Assembly (NCBI RefSeq): GCF_037157805.1
Contig: NZ_CP089983.1
DNA: 64,000 nt
Strand: one strand, 5' to 3'
Origin: Pendulispora rubella
GTDB lineage: Bacteria > Myxococcota_A > Polyangia > Polyangiales > Polyangiaceae
Below are positions 29,849-40,500 of this stretch, piece by piece. A model generated the notes under the pieces. The model was not told where the DNA came from. It saw nothing but the letters and a program-made list of their open reading frames with translations, and did not search any database. Both the position numbers and the translations under genes were made by a program. Each line of letters begins with the position of its first letter. Position 1 is the stretch's first letter.

Positions 29849-30762
29849 TGACCGCCATGAGCACCACGCATTGCACGCATTTCAGTCACCTGTTGGGCGC
29901 CTACGTCGATGGCGAATTGGAGCCATCCCGGGTTCTCGAAGTGGACGAGCACGTCGCCAGCTGCGAGACGTGCCGAGAGCGTGTGCAGCTCGATCATGCC
30001 GTTCGTGGTTCGCTCAAGCGAATCGTGAAGGCATCGGCGCCAGAGGGCCTTCGTTCCCGCGTGGCCCTGGCCATGGCGGCGGAGCGAGAGCGCGGTGAGC
30101 GTCGTGCAGATGCGCAGGCGGGCTTCTTCAGCGGCCGCCGAGCGAGCGTCCCCGCGGGTGCGGTGGGCCACGTCGCGGCGGCGCGCGATACAGGAATGAT
30201 GTGGCGGGCGATGGTGCCGCTCGCGAGTGCTGCCGCGTTGGCCGTGGTGTGGGGTGTTGCCACGCGCGGTCCGATGAGCAAGAGCACGACGAGCGACAAG
30301 CTGGCGGCGGGGCTGGCCAGCGATACGTTGATTCAAGATTTGGTGGCGGAGCATTCGCATCCGTTGCCGCCCGAGAGCACGGATCCCAAGGCGGTGAACG
30401 ACCTCGAACGCTACGTCGGCGTTCCCGTTCGCCCGACGAGCTTCGAGAAGCGCACCGGCGCACGTTTGGTCGGCGGGCGCGTGCTGCCGATGATGCACCA
30501 CGAGCGCGCGGCCATGCTGACGTACGAGATTGGCACCGGAGCAGATCTGCGCCGGGTCAGCGTCTTCGTCTACGATCCGAAGCATATTCAGATGGACGCG
30601 GACGAGTTGGCGCCGCGGGCCGTGGGCACGGCGCAGGTGCGCGTGGGGAACTTCAACGGGTTCTCGCTGGCGGTCACACAGCGTGCGGGCGTCGGCTATG
30701 CCATCGCTTCGAACCTGGATGCAGAGCGCAGCGCGCAGTTGGCGGCTTTCGCCGACGAGTGA
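29845..30762 (+). CDS. Anti-sigma factor with zinc-binding anti-sigma domain (HxxxCxxC), single TM, periplasmic domain
   Basis: [34 protein letters not shown]; [18 protein letters not shown]; ATGA overlap with the sigma gene (29845-29848). Confidence 0.75.
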   Translation: MMTAMSTTHCTHFSHLLGAYVDGELEPSRVLEVDEHVASCETCRERVQLDHAVRGSLKRIVKASAPEGLRSRVALAMAAERERGERRADAQAGFFSGRRASVPAGAVGHVAAARDTGMMWRAMVPLASAAALAVVWGVATRGPMSKSTTSDKLAAGLASDTLIQDLVAEHSHPLPPESTDPKAVNDLERYVGVPVRPTSFEKRTGARLVGGRVLPMMHHERAAMLTYEIGTGADLRRVSVFVYDPKHIQMDADELAPRAVGTAQVRVGNFNGFSLAVTQRAGVGYAIASNLDAERSAQLAAFADE

Positions 30763-30983
30763 TTCGGCGTTCTCCGCCGGCGCATTAAGAAAGAATTAAT
30801 ACGCAAAGCGTCGGGCCCTCGGCCGCGGCGCTTTTGCCGTTTGTCCCTTGCAGGTGCGTAGGTTCGTATCCAGCTTTCCCGTGCCGAACGAGAGAGTACC
30901 CAGTCACCGCGAGATAGCTCGCGTAAGGCGCGCAAGTCGGCGCCCCTGGGAGACCTTTCGTTCTGCGGAAAGGAGCACCAGCC

Positions 30984-33017
30984 ATGCTGGCGCTTGGACA
31001 GTTGTATTTCATCTTGGGCGTAGGTTTCGTCCTCTTCGTCTTTCTCGTGGTCGCATTGGGCATACGGGTCATTCCGAACAACCGAGTCGGAATCGTGGAG
31101 AAGCGCTGGAGCGAGCGAGGCTCGGTCAAGCAAGGCCTCATCGCGCTCGCGGGAGAGGCGGGCTTTCAGCCGGCGGTGCTGCGCGGCGGTGTGCACTACT
31201 TGAACCCGTTCCAATACCGCGTTCATCGCGTGCCGCTGGTGACCATCCCCCAGGGCAAAATCGGATACCTCTTCGCCCGCGACGGCGAGCCGCTCGGCCC
31301 GACGCAAACCTTGGCCAACAACGCGCTGGCCGACGACTACCAGGATGCGGCGGCGTTCCTCAAGAACGGCGGACAGCGCGGTCCGCAGCGCAAAATCCTG
31401 CGTGAAGGCACGTACGCCATCAACCTGGCGCAGTTCGTCATCATCACCGAGACGCAGCTTCACTACCTGCCGCTGTCGGGCGACGAGCTCGCGTCGTTTC
31501 AGCAGATGGCGCAAACCATCGCTGCGCGCCAAGGCTTTGCCCCCGTGGTCATCAAGGGTGCCGACGACTTGCTCGGCGTCGTCACCGTGCACGACGGCCC
31601 CTCGCTCGCGCAGGGCCAGATCATCGCGCCGGTCATGGGCGACGATCCGAACCAGCCTTCGACGTACCACAACAAGTTCCAAGATCCGGAGCGGTTCCTC
31701 GCCGGCGGCGGGCTTCGCGGGCGGCAGCTCCAGGTGCTCGTCGAGGGCACGTATTACATCAACCGGCTCTTCGCCACGGTGGAGATGATTCCGAAAACGG
31801 TGGTCGAAGTGGGCACCGTGGGCGTGGTCGTCTCGTACACCGGCGAGTCGGGCAGCGACATCTCAGGCTCCGCGTACAAGCACGGAGAGCTCGTGCGCAA
31901 GGGCGAGCGCGGTGTGTGGAACGAGCCACTCTTGCCGGGCAAGTACGCGTTCAACCTGTACGCCGGCAAGGTCATTCTCGTGCCGACGACGAACTTCATC
32001 CTGAAGTGGAACCGCGCGCAGTCGGGCTCGCACAAGTTCGACGAGAACCTGTCCGAGGTGTCGCTCATCACGCGCGACGCCTTCGAGCCTTCGCTGCCGC
32101 TCAGCGTGGTCGTGCACATCGACTACCGCAAAGCACCGCTGGTCATCCAGCGCTTCGGTGACATCAAGCGGCTCGTCGAACAGACGCTCGACCCCATGGT
32201 GGCCGCCTACTTCAAGAACATCGCGCAGCGGCGCACCATCATCGAGCTGCTGCAGGAGCGCGCCGAGATTCAGAATTCGGCCGCGCTCGAGATGAAGGAG
32301 AAGTTCGAGCGCTACAACCTCGAGCTCGAGGAAGTGCTCATCGGAACGCCCGCCTCGGGCCAGGACGGCCACTCGATCGAGCAGATCCTCGCGCAACTCC
32401 GCTCGCGGCAGATTGCCGAGGAGCAGGTGGAAACGTACGCGCGGCAGGAGAAGGCCGCCGTCAAGGAGCGCGAACTCCGCGAGGCCGAGGCGCGGGCCAA
32501 GCAGCAGACGCGCATCACCGAAAGCGAGCTCGGAATCACCGTGGAGACCAACGAAGGCCGTGCGGCGTACCAGCGCTCGCTGCAGCAAGCCGACCAGATT
32601 CGGGCCCTGGCGCAGGCCGAGGCGGACAAAATCCGCGTGTACGCCGAGGCGCAGGCCGAGAAGGAGGCGCGCATCGGTGTGGCGCAGGCCATCGCCACCG
32701 AGGAGCAGGTCCGCGCCTACGGCGGACCGAAGTTCCAGCTCACGCAGCAAGTGATGAAGGACTTCGCCAAGGCCATCGCCGACGCGAAGGTCGACGTCGT
32801 GCCCCGCGTGGTGGTCGGCGGGCACGGCGGTTCGAACGGCGCCGGCGGCAACGGCGGCAGTCCGAACCTGCTCGAAGGGCTGCTCACGTTGATGCTGTCG
32901 GACCGACTCGCGGGCGGTGGTCTCGCCGCCAGCCTCGGGGCGAGCCGGCCGCAGGCCCTCGAACTGCGCAAGGCCATCGAAACGGGGCTCAAGAAGGACG
33001 CCTCGAACATCGACTGA
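30984..33017 (+). CDS. SPFH/band-7 domain protein, flotillin-like (YqiK family)
   Basis: N-terminal TM LYFILGVGFVLFVFLVVAL; SPFH core; long Ala/Glu/Gln-rich coiled-coil (EAEARAKQQTRITESE...AQAEADKIRVYAEAQAEKEARIGVAQA); RBS AAGGAG upstream. Confidence 0.85.
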   Translation: MLALGQLYFILGVGFVLFVFLVVALGIRVIPNNRVGIVEKRWSERGSVKQGLIALAGEAGFQPAVLRGGVHYLNPFQYRVHRVPLVTIPQGKIGYLFARDGEPLGPTQTLANNALADDYQDAAAFLKNGGQRGPQRKILREGTYAINLAQFVIITETQLHYLPLSGDELASFQQMAQTIAARQGFAPVVIKGADDLLGVVTVHDGPSLAQGQIIAPVMGDDPNQPSTYHNKFQDPERFLAGGGLRGRQLQVLVEGTYYINRLFATVEMIPKTVVEVGTVGVVVSYTGESGSDISGSAYKHGELVRKGERGVWNEPLLPGKYAFNLYAGKVILVPTTNFILKWNRAQSGSHKFDENLSEVSLITRDAFEPSLPLSVVVHIDYRKAPLVIQRFGDIKRLVEQTLDPMVAAYFKNIAQRRTIIELLQERAEIQNSAALEMKEKFERYNLELEEVLIGTPASGQDGHSIEQILAQLRSRQIAEEQVETYARQEKAAVKERELREAEARAKQQTRITESELGITVETNEGRAAYQRSLQQADQIRALAQAEADKIRVYAEAQAEKEARIGVAQAIATEEQVRAYGGPKFQLTQQVMKDFAKAIADAKVDVVPRVVVGGHGGSNGAGGNGGSPNLLEGLLTLMLSDRLAGGGLAASLGASRPQALELRKAIETGLKKDASNID

Positions 33018-33158
33018 TCGCGCCAAACGCAGGACAACGATGCTCCTGTTCGCTTGAACGCGCGCAGGAGCATCCAACTTCGGTCGCGCTGCGGATTCCC
33101 TGCCCCGAGGAACCGAGTAGAGTGCACGGAAGGGCCGGGATGGCCCGGCGGTAACCGC

Positions 33159-36100
33159 ATGCGCAGAAGTGTCCCCGTCGCCCACGAGTCTCCCGATCGC
33201 ACGCGACGATGGCGCTTGATCCGGCGCGTGCTCGTCGCTCTCGGGGCGCTCGTCGGGCTCATGCTCGCCGCCACCATGGGCCTCGCCCACAGCCTGGATC
33301 ATCCGTGGGTCAAGGCGCGCGTGCGGACGCTCGTGCTGGCGAAGGCGGGGCTCGACATCGACTACGCCGCCGTGCGCCTCCAGGTGCTGAAGGGGATCGC
33401 GATCGACGGCTTCGTGCTGCGATCCCCGCCCGCCCTCCGCGACGTCGCCCCCGAGCTTGCGCGGGTCGGACGGATCGAAGCGGGGTGGTCCACGTCGTTG
33501 TTCACGGGGCAGGGGCGCCGTGTCGATCGGGTTGCCCTGTCCGACGCGGTGCTCACCGTGGCGCTCGACGAACACGGCAGCACGTCGTTCGACGCGCTCT
33601 TTCCATCGGATCCCGCGGCGCCGCCGAAGAAGGCGACGCCGCTCTCGCACCGAGGGCGCGACGTCGAAGCCCTGCTGCCCGCCTTGCCGGATGCCGACGT
33701 GAGCGGCTTTTCGTTCGTCCTGGTGCGCACGGTGCAGGGGAAGGCGGTGGATCGCACCACGCTGCGCGGCGTGGGGCTCCATGCGCGACCGGAGTCCGAG
33801 GGCGGATGGCGTCTGCGCGCCAACATGGGTGGCGCGACGGCGCCCCTCGAGCTGGATGTCGCCCGCGAGCAGGAGGGCACGGCCGCGGGCGACGCGCACG
33901 GGCGCCTGTGGCTCACGGCGGACCTGACGCCCTCCGAGCTCGCCGCCGTGGTCGATGTCGAGGTGCCGTCGCAAACGTTCGTCCCAGGACTCCGCGCCGG
34001 ACACGCGCTTCACGCCGAAGCCACCGCGCGCTTCGATCCTGCCGCGGGAAAGACGGACATCGCGCTCGCGCATGCATCCGCCGCGGGAGGCTCCACCACC
34101 GCCGAGGCCGCGCTCGAGCTCCCCGACGAGGGGGCGCCGTTCGTTCGCCATGCGCAGGGTGACGTCGACGTCGCGAAGCTCTTGGCGATCGTTCCGAGCG
34201 ATCTCCTTGGCGTGCGTCCGCAACTCGGCCGCGGGCAGCTTCATTACCGGGTCGACCGGCTCGCGACGCATGCGTTGCCGCGGTTGAACGACGGGGCGGA
34301 AATCGCCCTCGAGGCCGAGCTCGCGGACGCCAAGCTCGCGCAGACCGGCACCGACGTCGACGTGGGCGCGGCCAAGCTCTCCGCGCACGTGGTGCCCGCC
34401 GCCGATGCGAGCATCCACGTGAAAGCCTCACTCGCGATCGACCGCGCGAAGGTCATGGCCGGATCGAGTGGCGTCCGCGCGAAGGACGTCGCCCTCGACG
34501 TCGAGGCCACGCAGGCCAAAGACGGCGCCTTGACCGGCCGCGCCGGGTTCACCTTCGCCGACGGCAGCGTCGAGAGCCTGGGTGCGCCGCTTTTGGCCGC
34601 GGCCGGAGGAAACCTCGGCCTGCGCGTCGAGAACCTCGAAGTAAACCCCGCGGCCCCGCTGGCGAGCCGCGGCGAGGTCACCGCCACGAGCGAGATGGCC
34701 TCACTCGGTTTGCGCTCGGCGGGCATGCGAACGACGCTCGAGCGGGTCGCCTTTCGCGCGGAGAGCTCCCTCGCGGGGCATGCGCCCTACACGCTCCAGG
34801 CGGATGCGCGCGCCGCATCGCTGCGGGTCGAGAAGGAAGGCCAGACCTTGGCCCGGGCGCCGGTGCACATCGCCGCGCGCCTCGAGGGTGCCGCCCCCGA
34901 TCTCGAGCGTCCGGCGGCAAGCCGCGGGATCGCACACGTCACCGCGGACTTGGGCGAGGTTCACACCCAGCTCGACGCCACGAAGTCGCAGGATGCGCTG
35001 GAATTCTCGCTGGAGTCGAACGCGCCGAGCCTGGAGATGGTGCGTCCCTTCGTGCCGGCGGAGGTGGCGAAGAAGACACCGTGGGAGCACATGGCCCTCG
35101 CGCTTCGATCGCGTGGACGGGTGCAGCACATCGCCTCGACGGCCCCGGCGATCGAGCAACACACCGAGATCGACCTCGCGCGTCCGGCGTTCGAGCGCAT
35201 CGCCGCCCGGTCGGCGAAGTTGGTCCTCGATTCGAAGGGCACGCTCCTGCATCCGACGTTGGACGCGGACATGCGCTTCGAGCGACTGACCCTCGATGGC
35301 GCGAACGCCAGCGACGATCACCTCTCCGTCGCCGCCACCCTCGATCGCGAAGCCCCCTCCCTGAATCTCAAGGTGGCCACCGAAGGGCGCGCGCAGGCAA
35401 AGCTTGGGGCCGCGCTCGCGTTCGATCGCGCACGGCGGGCGGTGACCTACGACGTCACGGCGAATGTCGGGCGCTTGTCGTCCCTCGCCGCGCTGGCATC
35501 CGTCGCCGCGGGATGGAAGGGCGTCGACCTCTCGAAGCTCGAGCTCGCACTCGCCGCGCGGGGCACGCTGGGCGGCGTCGTCTCCGATGTCGACCGCAAC
35601 GGCACGCTTCGCCTCGAGCGGACGCCTATGCAAACGGCTACCCTCGATGGAACCATCGATGTGCGCGGCAAGCACATCGCGTGGAGCGGCGGCGACGCGG
35701 AGTTCTCCACGGCGGAGATCGCGCTGGCGGCCAAGGTGCGCTCGCAGGGCGCGCGGCGCACCGTCGAAGGCCGGATCGAGGCCGACGAGCTTCACGTGGC
35801 GAGTGGCCGGCACGACTACGTCGTGGCAGGCCTGCGGGACGAGCTCACCGCCTCCGTCGAAGGCGATCTCGCCGAACCCAATCTCGAGATCATCCAGCAG
35901 ATGTCGCTGCGCGCCCTCAAGCAGGACATCGCCCCGATGTACCCCGTGGGCGATGCGACCTTGTCCCTCACGGCACGGCGCAACCGGGACGGCGTCATCC
36001 GGGTCCCCAAGCTCGACATCACCAACGGTACCGGAGGGACCACGCTCTCCCTCCGCGGCGCGTTCGATCCCAGCGAAAGCCAACGCCGCTTGTCGCTGCG

Positions 36101-36977
36101 CGGCACCCTGCGCCAAGATCTCGCGCGGATGTCCACCATGCCGGCGATGCTCTCGGCAAGCGGCACGGCGAGCGCGGAGTTTCGCGTTCAGTCCCCGAAC
36201 CTGTCCACGTTTCGCGTGATCGCCGACACCAAGGTCGAAGGGGCGAGCCTTCGCATGCCGCGCTCCGGTGTCGTCGTCGAAGGCGCCGATGGAGAGGTCC
36301 CCATCACCCTCGCGCTGCGCGTGAACGAGAAGGGGGTGCGCATGCTGCGCGAAGATCAGGACAATCGCTATTCGTCGCTCCGCTTCTCCGATCAGCATCC
36401 GCTCCTCAGCCGCGGCAGCTTTATTTCCATTCGCCGGCTGACCCTTCCGCAAGTGACGATTGCGCCGCTGGTCGGCAATCTTCAAATCGAGCAAAACATC
36501 ATTTCGCTCCGCCAATTCGAAATGGGGATCCGCGGCGGCCACGTCACCGGTCTCTGCGCGCTCGATTGGAACGGCGAAAATTCGACATTGAACATGCATG
36601 TCCGCGCCGACGGGGTGAAGTCTTCGCGCGGCGAGCCATTTTCCGGAAACGCGGCGCTGGAGATCTCCGCCGGAGAGCACAGCATCGCGGGGCGCGCGGA
36701 CATCCTTCAAATCGGCAACCGGCATTTTCTCGATCTTCTGGAACTCCAGGACCCGTTTCATGCCGATCCGTCGATCAATCGGATTCGCAGTGCGCTGAGC
36801 CTCGGGTACCCCGATCGGCTGCGCGTCACGTTCAACCACGGGTTCGCGAGCGTCCACGTGACCTTCGGCGGCCTTGCCCGACTCGTGAGTGTCGGTGACA
36901 TTCGTGGAATCCCCATGGGACCGCTCATCGATCGGTACCTCGCCCCCGTCGTCTTTCCCATGAAGAAAGAGCCATGA
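33159..36977 (+). CDS. Very large (≈1,270 aa) AsmA/TamB-like repetitive envelope protein with N-terminal membrane anchor
   Basis: N-terminal anchor RWRLIRRVLVALGALVGLMLAATMGLA; long Ala/Gly/Arg/Leu-rich beta-type repetitive body; family assignment tentative (by architecture and by downstream small lipoprotein, reminiscent of ydbH-ynbE-ydbL). Start at 33159 (ATG) or 33054. Confidence 0.55.
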   Translation: MRRSVPVAHESPDRTRRWRLIRRVLVALGALVGLMLAATMGLAHSLDHPWVKARVRTLVLAKAGLDIDYAAVRLQVLKGIAIDGFVLRSPPALRDVAPELARVGRIEAGWSTSLFTGQGRRVDRVALSDAVLTVALDEHGSTSFDALFPSDPAAPPKKATPLSHRGRDVEALLPALPDADVSGFSFVLVRTVQGKAVDRTTLRGVGLHARPESEGGWRLRANMGGATAPLELDVAREQEGTAAGDAHGRLWLTADLTPSELAAVVDVEVPSQTFVPGLRAGHALHAEATARFDPAAGKTDIALAHASAAGGSTTAEAALELPDEGAPFVRHAQGDVDVAKLLAIVPSDLLGVRPQLGRGQLHYRVDRLATHALPRLNDGAEIALEAELADAKLAQTGTDVDVGAAKLSAHVVPAADASIHVKASLAIDRAKVMAGSSGVRAKDVALDVEATQAKDGALTGRAGFTFADGSVESLGAPLLAAAGGNLGLRVENLEVNPAAPLASRGEVTATSEMASLGLRSAGMRTTLERVAFRAESSLAGHAPYTLQADARAASLRVEKEGQTLARAPVHIAARLEGAAPDLERPAASRGIAHVTADLGEVHTQLDATKSQDALEFSLESNAPSLEMVRPFVPAEVAKKTPWEHMALALRSRGRVQHIASTAPAIEQHTEIDLARPAFERIAARSAKLVLDSKGTLLHPTLDADMRFERLTLDGANASDDHLSVAATLDREAPSLNLKVATEGRAQAKLGAALAFDRARRAVTYDVTANVGRLSSLAALASVAAGWKGVDLSKLELALAARGTLGGVVSDVDRNGTLRLERTPMQTATLDGTIDVRGKHIAWSGGDAEFSTAEIALAAKVRSQGARRTVEGRIEADELHVASGRHDYVVAGLRDELTASVEGDLAEPNLEIIQQMSLRALKQDIAPMYPVGDATLSLTARRNRDGVIRVPKLDITNGTGGTTLSLRGAFDPSESQRRLSLRGTLRQDLARMSTMPAMLSASGTASAEFRVQSPNLSTFRVIADTKVEGASLRMPRSGVVVEGADGEVPITLALRVNEKGVRMLREDQDNRYSSLRFSDQHPLLSRGSFISIRRLTLPQVTIAPLVGNLQIEQNIISLRQFEMGIRGGHVTGLCALDWNGENSTLNMHVRADGVKSSRGEPFSGNAALEISAGEHSIAGRADILQIGNRHFLDLLELQDPFHADPSINRIRSALSLGYPDRLRVTFNHGFASVHVTFGGLARLVSVGDIRGIPMGPLIDRYLAPVVFPMKKEP

Positions 36978-37531
36978 TTCGCCTGCCTTCCTTTGCATTT
37001 TCGGCATTCTTCGCGTGCTTTGCTTTTGCCTCCCTGGGTTGCATCGGTGCACCGGAATTCGTCACGGTCGACCGCGCGACCGCGCTCGAGCAGCAGGCGT
37101 CGGGCTCCTTTGCCGACTTGGAGCGCAAGCTCAATCGCGCGAGCATTGCACCGCGACCGGTACCGCTCACGCCAAAGCAATTCGAGTCGCTCGGCATCAA
37201 ACCGGTTCGGTTTTCCGACACCACGGAAATGACCGACGCCGATCTCGTCGATGGCCTCCTGGTCCAACATTGCATCGGGGAGGGGCGCGACGGTCTTCTC
37301 GTCGACACGCATGGCGCCTGCGTGGGTGCGGCCGACCACGAAGACGCCCTCGAGCTCGTGCAACGCGTAAATGGTGCGCGGGTCCAGCTTTGGCGTTGGA
37401 TGCACGAACAGAAGCCCGCCGCGTCGAAGGACGACCTGCGGCGCACCTGGCGCGAGGTGCACCTGCGCGGTGTCGTCTGCGGTGGATGGATCGAGAAGGC
37501 TGCGGATCAATGGGAGGCCAAGCCTTGTTGA
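36974..37531 (+). CDS. Lipoprotein of unknown function (possible YdbL/DUF1318-like partner of the AsmA-like gene)
   Basis: Lipobox FAFASLGCIGAP; ATGA overlap with upstream gene; 185 aa. Confidence 0.55.
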   Translation: MIRLPSFAFSAFFACFAFASLGCIGAPEFVTVDRATALEQQASGSFADLERKLNRASIAPRPVPLTPKQFESLGIKPVRFSDTTEMTDADLVDGLLVQHCIGEGRDGLLVDTHGACVGAADHEDALELVQRVNGARVQLWRWMHEQKPAASKDDLRRTWREVHLRGVVCGGWIEKAADQWEAKPC

Positions 37532-40500
37532 ACCTCCGCCATGTCCTGATGGCCGCCTTCGCGTTGCTCGCGTTGGTGGTGACCGGCGGGGCCCGCGCAC
37601 AGGACGAAGAGAAGGACGCGATGCGCCGCCCAGAGCGGCTCACCGTGGGCACCGACGACCAATTCTTGGGGCAGCTCGCACCGAACGGGAAAGATCTCTA
37701 CTTCATCTCGAACCGCCACACCGTGAACGAGATCTACGTCGAGAACATCGACGACGGGCGCGCGCACGTTCTGTTCGACGAAGGGGCGGAGGTCACCTGG
37801 CCCCGGGTAAGCCCGGACGGGAAATCGATCCTCTACATTTCGTACAGCCAGCGCGCGACCGGGCAGTTGTGCGTGCGGGATTTGCCCTCCGGGCAGAGGC
37901 GGCGCTGCCTCGGTGGACCACAAGCCGTGCTCTTGGCGGAGTGGATCGATTCGAAGCGCATCGTCGCCGTGGCGCGCGCCACCATCGAGGGAAACCTGCG
38001 GGCCATCGAGGTCGCCGCCGAGCCGCACCTCACACCGAAACGGATCCTGGGGAGCAACTTGGCGAACCCCGCGGTGTCGCCCGATGGGCGATGGCTCGTC
38101 TACGTTCCGCTCGAGCGAACGAGCGCGCGCGTCGGCCCGGCGTTTCGGGCGCACGCGGGCCAGCGGATCGAAGCCGTTCGCATCGAGGCGCCGGGCACCC
38201 CCGTGCCCATCTCGATCGACGTGCCGGGGCTCACCGGCCAGCCCGTCTTTTCCAAAGATGGCAAATGGCTCTATTTCGTCCAATTCTTCGCCGATTCGAA
38301 CCACGATGGCGTGGTCGACGCCGACGATCACGGCGTTCTTTTTCGCGTTCCACTTTCGTTCGGCCCCGACGGCCGGGGCGCCTTGGCGGCCGGTCCTGCC
38401 GTGCAGATCACCGATGAAGCGTGGAATTGCCAGTACCCGGCGCCGGCAAAGGACAAGCTGATCACGACGTGCTCGCGCGGCCGGAATCTGGACCTGTATT
38501 CGCTGCCGCTCGATGGCGAGGTGCCGGAGAATTGGCCCTCGGAGCGATTGGCGCTCGAAATCGACCTCTCGAGTTCGCACGCGAAGCTTCAGATCCTGTA
38601 CCACCACCGGCTCGCGCGGGCGAAGACGCTCGATGCGCGGCGGTTCGTGATGCTGCGCCTCGTGCGCCTCCACCTCACGCTCGAGGAGTTCGACGCCGCG
38701 ACGTTCTATGCAAAGCGCATCGATTCGCTCGACGATACCGAGAGCGACGCCCTCTCGCAGTCGCTGCTCGTCCTCATCGAGCACCGCAAGGCGCTTCGCG
38801 ACCGCGAGCGCGGGAGGATGTTCCGCGACTTCGACGAGCAGTCGCGGGCGCGCATGAACAAGCTGCCCACCGTGGCGCACGACAGCCGCGCCGCGGCGGC
38901 CATGGCGCGGATCGTGAGAAGCGAGATTGCCGACACCATCGGGGACAAGACGCTGGCACGAACGGAGCTCGAGGCGACCACGATTGCCGCGAAAACACCG
39001 CGCGCGGTGCTCGAGGCTTATTACGAGCGGGCCGACGAGCTTTATCGCGAGCTCGACGACCGGGAGGCGCTCTTGGCGGCGTGCCGCAAGCTCGCCTCGC
39101 GGGAGAAGCTCGCGCTCGACGACCAGCTCCGCTACGCGCGTGCCGCGGTGCGGGCCATGATCCGCGGGCTCCCCTTTGCCGAAGCCGATGCGCGGCTCGC
39201 CCGCGAGCGTGCGGCGACGCCGGAGGATTCCGAGCTGGGGTTCGCCATCGATCTCGCGCGCATCGTCCTCAAGATCCGCCCCGAGCACAACGCCGCCGTG
39301 CGGAAAGAGCTGCTCGATTTTTACGAGAAGCAGAACAAGGTCGAACGGCACCGCGCCATCGTGCTCGATGCCGTGCAGCGCGCGATCGCACTCGGGGCGG
39401 ATCCCATCGTCGAAGCGCTCGCGCAAGAGTACATCGACGACATCAAGCCGGGCACCATCGAGCGGCGGCGCGCCGAACGCTTGTACATGCAGGTGATGAT
39501 CGGTCGCGCCTTCCGCCGTCGTGCTGCGGGACGCCTGGACGAAGCCCGGGCCGACTTCGAGGCGGTCGCCACGCGCACGGGCGCCCTCGAGGCGGTGGTG
39601 GGCACGATCGATTTGCGTCTTCGTGCAGGGGAGAAGCCAGAGGCGATTCGAGCCGCGTACACGGCGCGCCCGGACGACGACGATTCGGAGATGGTCGCGA
39701 ACTTCGTGGCCGCGTATTTGCTCTCACGCCAGCTTCCGAAGCTCGAAGGGGAGGAGCATGCCCGCGCCGAGGAGCAGGCGATTGCCGCGCTGATGCGATC
39801 GTGGACCGACCTGAAGAATCAATGCATCGCCCAATCGTTGTACGGGTCGGTCCTTCACGAGCGCTACCTCCGCACCGGGGAGCCGGGCGCTGCCGAACGG
39901 GCGGGCACGCACTATTTGGTCGCCCTGGAGTTGGTCGGCAACAACCTCCGCTACCGCGCGATGGTCCTCGGCCAGTTGGGACTTTTGCATACGCAGGTCG
40001 GCAATTACCGGATCGCGCTCGGCTACCTCAAAGATCGCGACAAGCTTCCTTACGCGGATAATTCGGAGGGATTCGCGGTGCGCAGCGCCAAGGCGCAAGC
40101 CCTGCTGCACATCGGGCGCGAAAAGGACGCGGCGACCGCGGCCGAGGAGGCGCTGGCGATGCTCGACCGCCAGCCGAAGCTCGAACGCTACCGCGTGCTG
40201 GCCCTCGATCGCGCGGCGCTCTACAACTTGGCGGCCGATCAATTCGAGCGGGCCCTCGCGCTCTACGATGCGGAGATCCCGATCGTCGACAAGGACACTG
40301 GCCCTTCCGCCCAGCACAATCGCTTCGTGGTGCGCCTCGCACGGGCGGCGGCGGCACTCGGTGCCAAGCAGCCGCAACGTGCGCTCGCGGATCTGACGCT
40401 CGTCGATCGCGCGCTCGACGACAAGAAGTTCGCCGAGACGCTGGAGTGGCCGCACGCGGACAACGACCAGGTGATTCGCTCGTATCGGTTGATCGCGGCC

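Noticed and set aside
37015-37509. N-terminal 165 codons of the ORF 37015..40947
   Set aside because: They overlap the upstream lipoprotein gene in another frame and precede an obvious signal peptide (MGGQALLNLRHVLMAAFALLALVVTGGARA) at 37510; the upstream extension is not credible.
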